Below, piece by piece: positions 48,598 through 64,000 of a stretch of DNA of 64,000 nt. The notes beneath the pieces are model-generated. The model was given only the letters and a program-made list of their open reading frames with translations. It searched no databases and was not told the DNA's origin. The stretch comes from the human T2T-CHM13v2.0 reference genome, Homo sapiens. Within the stretch, counting starts at the first letter, position 1, and every line of letters begins with the position of its first letter. The stretch lies in assembly GCF_009914755.1 (NCBI RefSeq), contig NC_060925.1. One strand, written 5' to 3'. The position numbers were made by a program, and so were the translations under genes.

Positions 48598-50070
48598 CTC
48601 TAGTTTAAGAAGTCTGAAGGCTCAGGGGAATTGGCAATGTGGGATGAACCTATAAGGGGCAACTAGCTCAGCCACCCCTTAATCATAATCCCTGGAGGGT
48701 TTGGAGGAGACTTCCTTTTTCTTCTGATTCTACTCTGGCTGCAGTCTAGAGTCTCTGATACATGGAGTTACCATTCACTTCTTACTAGTTTTTCCATTTT
48801 TATTTTTATTTTCTCTTTAACACAAAAGTTACCTAGAAGAATGTCTTAATTTCCAAATAAATTATTTTGTTTTCTTTTTACCGTTCTTTTTATGTTGATG
48901 TTACTTCTGTTTTGAGCGGGGCGGGGGGGAGCAAGGGGATGTATTTTTTTCTTAATAAATATTCCTGTGCAGTATGCAAATTTTCAAAATAATTCAAATC
49001 TTCAAAATTAATTCAAAATAATTTTTATTAATTTTGTATATGATATGATTATTTCTGAAATGAATGTATTATGTTCTTTGACCATGGCTCTGTATTATTT
49101 CTCTTTATTTCCATCAGCATTTATTTAATGCACATATTTATATATACAAAAATATAATGCCACATTGTCAATGCATTAAGATTCATAACTTATATCTTCT
49201 TGGTGAATTGAATACAATTGAAAGAAAAATATCTTTGTCCCTCTTAATTGTTAATGCTTCTCATTTCATTTTCTTTTGTTAGATATTAGCATTATAGCAT
49301 GTGCTTTCTTTTACTATTTATCTAGTATACTTTAATGCCTATTTTTCAGCCTTTCTGTACCCCCTTAGTTTAAGAATATGTCTTAAATATTATATAGTTT
49401 AACACTATAGCTTAGAGTATTCAGAAAATCTGTGTTACTTTGACAAAGGAATTTAAGATACTTAAATTTATTGTGATTATTCATGTATTTAGACTTACTA
49501 ATATATTTTGGACCCCAGTTCTTCCTTTAAAAAGAATTCCATAGGAATGAGTAACTTACACTTACTAGAATTAAAATTTCCCCTAAAACAAAGATAAGTA
49601 TGTTAGAATGGAAGATTAGAGAAGTCTGAGATTGGGGACAATTTACCGTGTCTCTGTGTTCTCCAGCTTTCCTGACTCCTCCAGCTCCAGCTTTGTCAAA
49701 CTTTACAAACAATCCCATTGGATCTTAAGAATCTTGACATGCCATAGAGGCATGTCACAGGCAAAGATGTCCTTGGTTTCTCATAGCACCAATAGTTTGT
49801 GTGAAGCCCCTACTTTTTTATTCCTCAAATAAATGAATTTTATATATAAGATTTAATTAACATCAAGTCCTCACCTCGCTGGTACCTCACTCAGAGCAGC
49901 ACCATCTAATGCAGCAGTTATTGGCTAGTGTCTTTTCTTCCTGTTAAGAAGGACAAGGTGCAATCCCAGCACTTTGGGAGGCCAAGATGGGCGGATCACG
50001 AGGTCAGGAGATCGAGACCATCCTGGCTAACACAGTGAAACCCCGTCTCTACTAAGAATACAAAAAATTA

Positions 50071-50238
<168 letters not shown>

Positions 50239-50575
50239 CTAACAAGCAACACAGTGAGGCATTTAGTGGTACGGACTCTAGGACTACTCCTGCCATGGTT
50301 GGAGCCTCACCTTTGTCTTGTTTTCTGCCATTCAGTAGTTATAAGAGCTCAGGCCAATAGCTTAACTTCTCTCACTTCAGAGGGTTACTGTTACTGTATG
50401 GATTAGAAGACATAATTTATGTAAAAATACTCAGCACAATCTTTGTAGTAACTCAGAAAATGGTAGCTGATATTAATAATTATTAATAATTGGTATCTTA
50501 GTCCTTTTCCAGGACTCTAGATGACACTTTTTACAAAAATTGTCATTTCTTTCTTTCTTTTTTTTTTTTTTTTGA

Positions 50576-50683
<108 letters not shown>

Positions 50684-53600
50684 TAGCTGGGACTACAAGG
50701 GTGCATCACCACGCCTGGCTAATTTTTGTATTTTTACTAGAGACGGGGTTTCACCATGTTGTCCAGGCAGGTCTCGAACTCCTGACCTGAAGTGATCAGC
50801 CCGCCTCGGCCTCCCAAAGTGCTGGGATTACAGGTGTGAGCCACTGTGCCTGGCCAGTTATTTCTTTAATACCCCAAGAAGGAGAACTGAGGAGCTCCTT
50901 GAATACTTAAAATATCTCTATAAAGAGACATAATTGGCTTCCCCTGATATTCTTAGCATCCCCCAAGCTGACTGAAGATATCAGCCCATGAACAGAGGGC
51001 CTGAGGTTTAAACAGGTGCCACATTTGCTGGCCTCATACTCAGAACCTCTGCCCTATTTTTACCTGTTTTGTCTGCAGTTGCTGCATTAAGACCTGGCCT
51101 TAATGAAATATTTGGTTCTGGATCTTTTCATGTCCAAAATTAACTTTAATGAGCAAATAGGGAAAGATCAAGAGAGCTGCGGCTGGGACTTAGGAGAAAC
51201 TTTGAAGCAGAAGCCAGGATGGGGTAGATGCCCTCTGGCAACTGGCCAGCGTTTGCTTTTGATGACAGCGAACCCTCAGATCTAGTTCATCTGAGCTGCA
51301 AACAAGGGGCTGTGGTACCAGCATACCTGAGATTTCATCTTTTGCAATGCCTCTGTGTTTCTCATGCAACCAACATGTGTCAAACACCTACTGTGAGCAA
51401 GAAACTTCTCTAATGCTCCTATGAAATTCTTTGGGTCATACCTAGTTGAATGAGACACTGTTACTCTTCTTAAGGATTTCACATTCTAAGAGAGGAAAAA
51501 GATGTACATAGGTGGCCACATTAGGAGAAGACGGTGACATGTCATAAAAGAGGTAAAAGTCCCATCTGATAGAGGAAGATGCGCTTGCTTCCACCTTGGA
51601 GTCATCTGAGATGGCCAGATGCAAGAGTTAGATGAGAGTTGCCCTTTTAAGAATAATGGGGGTCGGGTGCAGTTGCTGACACCTGTAATCTCAACATTTT
51701 GGGAGGCTGGGGCAGGAGGATCACTTGAACCCAGGAGTTTGAGACCAACGGGGCAACATAGTGAGACCCTACTCTACAAAAAATAAATAAAAAGTTAGCC
51801 AGGTGAGCGTGGTGATGCATGCCTGTAGTCCCAGCTACCTGGAAGGCTGAAGTGGGAGGATCATTTGAGCCCAGGAGGTTGAGGTTGAGCCGTGATCACA
51901 TCACTGCACACCAGCCTGAGCAATGGAGCGAGACCCTATGTCAAAAAAAAAAAACAGTGGCCCTTTAGGTGGAACACACAATGTGAGCACTGGCAGGAAA
52001 GTCCAGGGAATGTTCTGGGAGAAGCAAGTTATACCTACCCTGTTTCTTCCATCTGTGTTTTCATGGGAAAATCTCTCAATCAGTTTGAGCCTCGTTTTCC
52101 CTATAAGTTAAATAAAGCTAGTTCCATCCACTCCTCAGAATTGTAAAGGTCAAATGATTTGTATTGTAATAGGCTAGGGTGGTAGATCATTGTATATGCT
52201 CAAATAATGGTGGTTAGTGTCTCTCACATGTATTTCTGTTTCTCCTTCTTTATTCTAGTCCTTAAGCTGGTAAGAAGCAGATCTCCAAGACTTTCTACTG
52301 GGATATGGAGTTTTGGGGCAAAAAGGAGAGTGGAGATCAACACTAATATTTATTTATTCATTTTTAAATAATACACTTTCAGATAGAAGTTGAGAAGTAC
52401 TGATATTTAAATAAGGAGGTTTGGGATTGCCAAAGGCAGCCCCCAGCAGGGGCAGTTCCCTTCTGTCATAAAAGGACCTCAGCGTCCTAGGGAGAATGAG
52501 TTCTGGCTTGGAACCTCCAGACTGAATGCTCCCACCGTTCCCCTCCTTGTTACAACTTCCCCAGTGGTGTGATCTTTTATTCCCAGTGTCCTGCCACATT
52601 CACATCCCCAAAGAACTCTTTTTTCAAAGACATTTCTTTCCCTGCCTCCCCAGTCTGAAGATGTTCCCAGCAAGGTGCTTAAGAATTCATCAGATGCTCT
52701 GTTCTTGGCAGCACTGGTCTTCTGGGTATGGCTCAGGAGCAGTAGACCTCCTTTGGAGCCGTATCTTGTCATTTTCCATTTTTGGAATTCATTTCAACCT
52801 ACATTTGAAACAAGATCTTCACAGTAGCCAATCCTCTTGTCTCTGAGTTTCAGCAGAAGCTAGTAATAAAAGTGTTGGTGGGAAGTCCCACAGTCATTCC
52901 AAGGCATGGTGCTGGAGCGCCTATGCAGGAGTTTGAAATACAGTGCCGCCATCAGTCTTTGGTCATCCCCAGCTTTAGCCCATGTAAGGAATAGAGGTTG
53001 GCAAGAGGTTGACAAGGGAGATTTCTCTGCAGAGAACTGTCAGTGTCCTGTGCACTCTCTGCAGCCCACCCTTCCCCTGATAGTGGGAAAGATGAGGGGT
53101 ACCCACCCCTGCCCTTCAACCACGTGAGAAAGGCTTCAAGGATGCCATGTGGAGAGCAGGCGTGTGTTCTTCGGGGTCTGAGGGACCAAGAGGCTGTGTC
53201 TGACCCTCATGTGGGGCTGGGCCTGCCTGGTCAGAGGGAGGAGGGGCTCAGAGTGGGAGTTGAGCACACACCCACTGATGGGAGAAGGGCAGTGGCAGTT
53301 GTCTGTAGGGTGTATATATGAACCCCAGGGAAGCCAGCAGCATTGGGATCTTCTTCATGGGTTCTTCCCCCAGAAGACACCCTGGAGGGGTAAAAGAGAC
53401 CTTTGGAGTTAGAGGAGGAGTAGAAGGCTCCTCCTTCTATTTCACTGTCTGGAAGAGGGGTATTGGAGACATCAAGGATACCTCAGTGCTTGATCTCAGG
53501 ATCTCTGCAGCAGCCACAGAGACACCTCTGGAGAGAGATGACTCAGAGGACATGAGCAAATGCATCAGCCACAGAAGACAGTGCTCTTTCCCCAGTCTCT

Positions 53601-54349
53601 CCTCCCTGGGCCCCGGGGGAGCAGGATAGCAGAGGGCAGTTACAGAGTGGGTAGGAGGTGAAGCCAGGAAGAGAGAAGCTGACCAAGGCCCTGCCACAGC
53701 CACCTCCAACCTCTGAAGGCTCCTCAGCTTAAGCAGCCCAGCAAGGGGGAGGGGAGTTTTAAGTTGGAAAGATGTTTATAGTTTAGATATTACCTTGAAT
53801 TGGGATGAATTATTTGATGACTATACTGGACTGGACCTTTGTTATCTGAGTGACTGAGGTTTTTCCCCAAGAGCAAAGAAAATTAGTTCCACAAGGCAGG
53901 TTTATAGGGGGCTGCAGTAAGAAAGATAAACTGCTTTCAGCCTGCACTGGGATGGGTTGAGCTCATTTCGTTAGCCACAGCTTGTGTCATCTACCATACC
54001 ATTAGGAGCTGTCTGAGCCACAAAGACAAGACCCAATACCTGCAATTTAGGAGCTGGTAGAGAACAGTGACAACTTTAATAAAAGGCACACCCTTGGGAA
54101 GAAAAGAATTTTGGGAAAAGACTAGGAGTTTACATGGGGGCATTTAAAGTTTGAGCTGTTCAGAATAGTAGGAGTGATAAAAAAATAAAAATAAAAAATT
54201 TGAGATGCCTGAATGATGTTTAAGTATTGATGGCCGTTGCTGGTTATAAAAGTCTGAAGTTCAAGGAAAGGTCAGGAAGAGAGTATAGATAGATTTGGGA
54301 GTTAGCATATAGTTCTAGTGATTTTCAGTGGAGTAGGTATGAGGAACTA

Positions 54350-54791
54350 TGAAGAAAGTGAGATTTTTCTCCAATTTACAGGCTAACAAGTTAGCCTGCC
54401 ACAGGTTCATGGATGCTGCAGAAGACACAAGACTCTCAGCTCACAGACAAAGGGCTTTACTGCAGCAATAGCAGGAGCCAGAGTATCTGCAGTTTGCTAC
54501 CCCAGATCCCAGGGCCTCAATTCCTCAAGCCGCATGAAGAGTGCAGAAGATGCCTGCACATGCAGTAAGTCGCATTAGAGGAAAGGAACCCAGGCTTAGG
54601 AGGCCTGAACCTTTTCTAATGAGCAAGAAACATACGTACCTTTTGCTCCAATGGATCCACTCTTTCCATATCCCAAAGCTTTTTGCTGTACAGTTATCCT
54701 TGAAAAGACAGTCCAGAATAAAGCCAGTCAGTGGCCCCGCTCATGAGCTATGCAGAAATGAGACAGATCCGTGGGAGATTGTCTCTCAACA
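54350..54791 (-). mobile_element. LTR40-like (ERVL) LTR
   Basis: The reverse complement begins tgttgagagacaatctcccacgg...tttattctggactgtcttttcaaggata, matching the LTR40 5' end as recalled. Confidence 0.6.
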
Positions 54792-57344
54792 AAGTATCAC
54801 CTTCCTAAGGAGCACTGTGGAAATTTTAAAGGGCATTTTTGATTTTCACAATGACTGACAGTGCCACCGTCATTTCATGGGCCAGGGCCAGGTACATTAG
54901 ATATTCCACAATGTATGAGAGAGTATCAAGAAAAATGAAATATCTCATGAGCCACACAAGTTTTGAATGTTCTGGTAAGCATTTACTTAAGTGGGGAAAA
55001 CATAAACTTTACCATTTTTTTTTAATGTTCTGTTTTTTGAGACAGGGTCTCACTCTGTTGCCCAGGCTGGAGAGCAGTGTTGCAATCTCATTTCACTGCA
55101 ACCTCCGCCTCCCAGATTCAAGCAATCCTCCCGCCTCAGCCTTCCTAGTAGCTGGTACTACAGGTGCATACCATCGTGCCTGGCTAATTTGTGTAATTTT
55201 TGGTAGAAACTGGGTTTCACCATATTGGCCAGGTGGGTGTTGAATACCTGACCTCAAGTGATCCACCCTCCTTGGCTTGCCAACATGCTGGGTTTACAGG
55301 CAAAACACCTATAATTTCTGAGCCTACACCCTGTCTCCACTCTACAAAGTATTCTTAGCACAGCTTTAATATACACTTAAAATTAAATCATTTAAATAAA
55401 GAAATGTACTTTGTTTTGTTCAGAATTCTATCAAAAGTTATTCAACATTGGGGGAAAAATACATTGCTAGCAGCAACATCAGTTGTTTGAATCACCACAC
55501 TTGTATCAGACTCCAATTATAGCTGATATAATTATAGTGATTTTGTGTATATATAAAAATGTACTTATTCTGCCTTTAGTTCATAAGGTGAAATATGAAG
55601 AAAAATATTTTCTGGAACATTATCTTACTTCTCTTAAATAACACTTCTTCATTAAAATAACATGTTGTCAGATGCTTGTATCAAATATTGTTGAGAGGTT
55701 AACGAAGAATAGGATTAAAAATTGACCACTGGGTTTAGTAGTGTAGAAATCATTACCGACTTTGAACAATTTCAGTGGAGAGGTGGGGTCAAGACTCTGT
55801 TTGAAGTTGGTTCAAACAGCAGGGGAAGACAGGAATTGAGAAATGACTATAAACGGCATATCTGAGATTTCCTGTAAAGAGGAGCAGAGAAATAAGGTGG
55901 TATGCAAGGCAGTTGATGCCTAGGACATAAAAAAGGCTCAATAAGTGTTGTCCAAAAAGGAGCTCCATGACCCATAGGAGGTGCCCAGTAACTGGGGGCC
56001 TACTGAATAAGTATTAGTAAAAAGGAGGAGCATCTTTTCATTTGAGTTTTAAAAGAAATTATGCTGTTAGAGGAGGAACATAGAGGTGAAAGGGAGTTTT
56101 AAGCATAAGCCAAGGCACAAATATGGGAGGGAGAGGGGTTTGGGGAGGAGCAACTTGCCTGCCAAAGTTGCAGGGGGAAGGGGGGGTTGGTATAAGGGGA
56201 GGTGAAGGGGTGGGAGGACCAGAAGGCTTGAATAGAGGGACCTGGAGAGACAGCTGACAGATCTTGAAGGCCTGATTGTGGCGTTTATGTTGCGTCTGAT
56301 CAATAACAAACAAGCCAGAGGTCTCGAGCAGTCAGGGACATAATGGGAATGTAGCCGTAGTTCTATTTTTCTGTGCTGTGCTTCTGTTCCAAGTGTTGAA
56401 ATGGGGCAGGTTACAGCTCATGCTCTGGACAATCTAATGAGAAGTGCATGTTTTTATGCTAAGCTAACTCCAACCTTCAGTTTCTTCTCTGAGTTAGGGC
56501 AATCTTGGGAGTAAAATCCTGGGGATAAAGAGTCATAGGAAATAGAAACTTGCTTTAGGCATTTAAGGGTGGGCTGGGGAGAATGGGTCCTCCTGAATGA
56601 ATGCATTGGATGCTGGCTTTACAACATACTGTGCAGAAAGCCAGGCACCGTCCTTTCATCTGGCTGTCAGCAGCAAGCTCTGGTTTCTCAGACAGGGGCA
56701 TGTATGCCTTAATGGCCCCTCTCCCATTTCCATGGATCCAGGTGATAAAACAGTGAAAACTCAGACCTAATTGAGTACCTCAGAGGCACAGTAATTCATC
56801 TTGTCACATATGGTATTGAGATTGGCCAGGCATGTTGGTGAAGTCCATTTACCCAGAGGATAGAGTGGTGAGGATGGGTCCGAGAGGCAGTGAGTATGGC
56901 ACAGCCACAAGCAAACCAGGCATTGGCCCCAGCTGGACCTGGCTTTGAATCCCGATTCCATCTCCTGGCTGCATGGTCTTTGACAAGTTCTTGAGCCTCG
57001 ATTACTTTACATGTCAAATAAGAATGATGCTGATTATGAGGATTAACTATCTACAGTGTTTGTTGCATAAGAAGAATGTTTCTTGTCAATGCTAATTTTT
57101 AAAAATATCATCCTGTTCTGGCCAGTTGGTAAATGACGGAGCAAGCGGACAACTGCAGGAGAAGCACTGATGTTTTTCTGGCCTAAACTTGACAATTCCG
57201 CCTGGTGAAGTCCACTCAGCTGCAGATGATAGTCTACTCTTTGACAATCCTATTTTGTTCATATGGTCCATGTTATCAGGAAAGCTCTAACAGGAGGATG
57301 CCATCATTTTGAAATTCTTCAGACTATGACTCAATATTCTTTTT

Positions 57345-60428
<3,084 letters not shown>

Positions 60429-61818
60429 GGGGCTTTTGATACTGAGAGGCTGGGCAGCTGCATGGGCAGAGGGAACAAGTAGGCAAAGACAATATTTGTA
60501 AACTGGTGAGTTTTGGCTCTATCAGTAGCTCAAAACTATAGCTTTCTATTGGATTATTAACTGTTTTTTACTTTTCTTTTCAAATAAACCTGTTTGACTT
60601 GGAATGAAATATCTAAAGCTACAAATTCTTATTGCAAATAAAAAATCTGAAGGCTGGTTAGTAGCTGGGCTGTGAAGAGGTCTTAGGCCCTGGCTGGGAT
60701 TATCTAGACATCAGATATATTTCCCTGAGTGCTATGGCCTTGCTTGTTTCATTCTGCCATGGAGAAGCTGCAGTGTCAGCTCCATATGGGCAGGCATAGA
60801 AGCCCACTGTGCCCTATGAGGGAAGAAAGTCTGACACCTCCTTCTAGAATGGAGTTTGAATTTCTTCAAAGTGGAACTCTGAAGGTTAACTATGGGAACC
60901 AGCAGCCAGGACTGCCTCTGGGGTGTGATCGGAGGGGCCTTTGCAAATTTCATCCCCTAAATCACCTCTTCTATTTCCCTGATCCCCAGCCCCAACACCC
61001 CAAGCCAAGATATCTGAATTCTGTCATTGTGTGGAGACTTGGGGCTGGGGTCTGGACTTGGTCTGCCTGAACTTAAACCCTGACTGTAACGTGTATTAAC
61101 TGCATGAACTTTGGGTTAATTACTTAGGCTTTCTAAGCTTCAGTTTCCTCATTCTCAAAATGAAGATACTAACTGGCATTATTATTAACATAAATTAGGA
61201 TTTTTTGTGAGATTGAATGATAAAAAACATATAAAACCTAACTTAGCATCTGTCACAGAGTAACTCACAATAAACCTTGGCAAAGGAGCACTAAAAGCTT
61301 AAAGAATAAAATAGATAAATAGATAAAAAAGAAAGAATAAAATAGATAAAACATGGACATGTGAAAATGTTGCCTTGGATAATGATAATATTTTTAGAAA
61401 ATACTCTTACTAGCATTATTATTCTCAATTTTGACAGCCCCCTAGTGACTAAGTACAATTATCAGTCTTTTAAAATAGATGATGATTTCTGAGGTTCAGA
61501 GTAGCTATGTGACTTTCCAAGTTTATGTAGCGAGAAAAATTAGGAATTCAACTGGATGGCCCAACTTTGAAAGCCAATTTTTTCATTACAATGTGCTGCC
61601 AGCATGAATGCTTAGAGAGGAGAGGACAGGGCAATATTCGATGTCACACAAGAAGGAAATGTGAAAGGGTGCCCAGATTGACACTTTTGTGCATGGAATT
61701 AGGTGTTATCGTGGAATCATTGAGAATCCACATTCAGTTGCACTCCACTATCTTTTAAAAAATCATATATAAGAAACTTCAAGTATTCAAAATATAGAGA
61801 ATGTTCAAAAAAGGACAG

Positions 61819-63501
<1,683 letters not shown>

Positions 63502-64000
63502 TAGAAAAACTGGAAAACTGAAAAAGAAAAAGAAAGAAGGGATGAAAGTTCTTGTCCTGGGTCTACCAAAAGGGTGGCAAATAAGCCTTTGTGTTCCTGA
63601 AGTCTGGATCCTTCTAGTCACCCAGGAGAGAAGACAGTTTTTTTGTTTTGCTTTGTTTTTTGTTTTTTCCCTAAAATGCAAGCCCCTTCTGGTGGTACAG
63701 TACTCAAACTATTGAAGAAGGGTCAGGATGGACCTTTTGGGTTTTAGGAGATTAAAAAGCAAGCAACAGTCCACCCTGCAAGAAATCCCAGAGACTGGGA
63801 AGGGCACAAGACTGTGGGTTTGGCTGGCAGTAGATGCAATCACTCATTCTGAGCAAGACCTCAGAGGAAACAGCAAGAGCTGATGGGATCCAGTGGGTCA
63901 GAAGGCTCTGAGGCCCATGAAAGGAGCACTGGTGTTGGAGGTGGCTCAGGGTGAATGTGGTCGCTCAGAGAGCTGTCCTCCTAAAAAAGCCCCTGCTGGC

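Noticed and set aside
53043-53709. TATA-like element followed by ~100-aa ORFs
   Set aside because: No recognisable protein or splice structure; more likely an ancient LTR-like remnant.

Overview
Primate genomic DNA. The glutamine synthetase protein matches the human sequence as I know it, which points to the GLUL locus on 1q25.3. The window holds two minus-strand protein-coding genes. (1) GLUL: CpG-island promoter at ~28.0-30.0 kb, non-coding exon 1, six coding exons (26310 to 21978, 1122 nt, 373 aa, all GT-AG introns) and a 3' UTR with several poly(A) signal candidates. (2) TEDDM1: intronless, TMEM45-family, 273 aa. A plus-strand lncRNA (probably LINC00272) may lie at ~45.2-52.4 kb, but the sequence alone supports it only weakly. 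The rest is repeat-rich: ~40 Alus, two L1 relics, LTRs, Tigger/MER DNA transposons and L2/MIR. Best observations: the ancestral TMEM45-type N-terminus of TEDDM1 is still in frame upstream but broken by a TAA. A GLUL intron-1 cassette exon is stop-free and in frame with GS; together with an unused phase-0 donor and an upstream AUG it could give a 156-aa N-terminal extension with an NLS-like motif. A GLUL AAUAAA is locked in a perfect hairpin. Several template-switch or templated-insertion scars are visible. No databases were searched; family names come from recalled consensus sequences.
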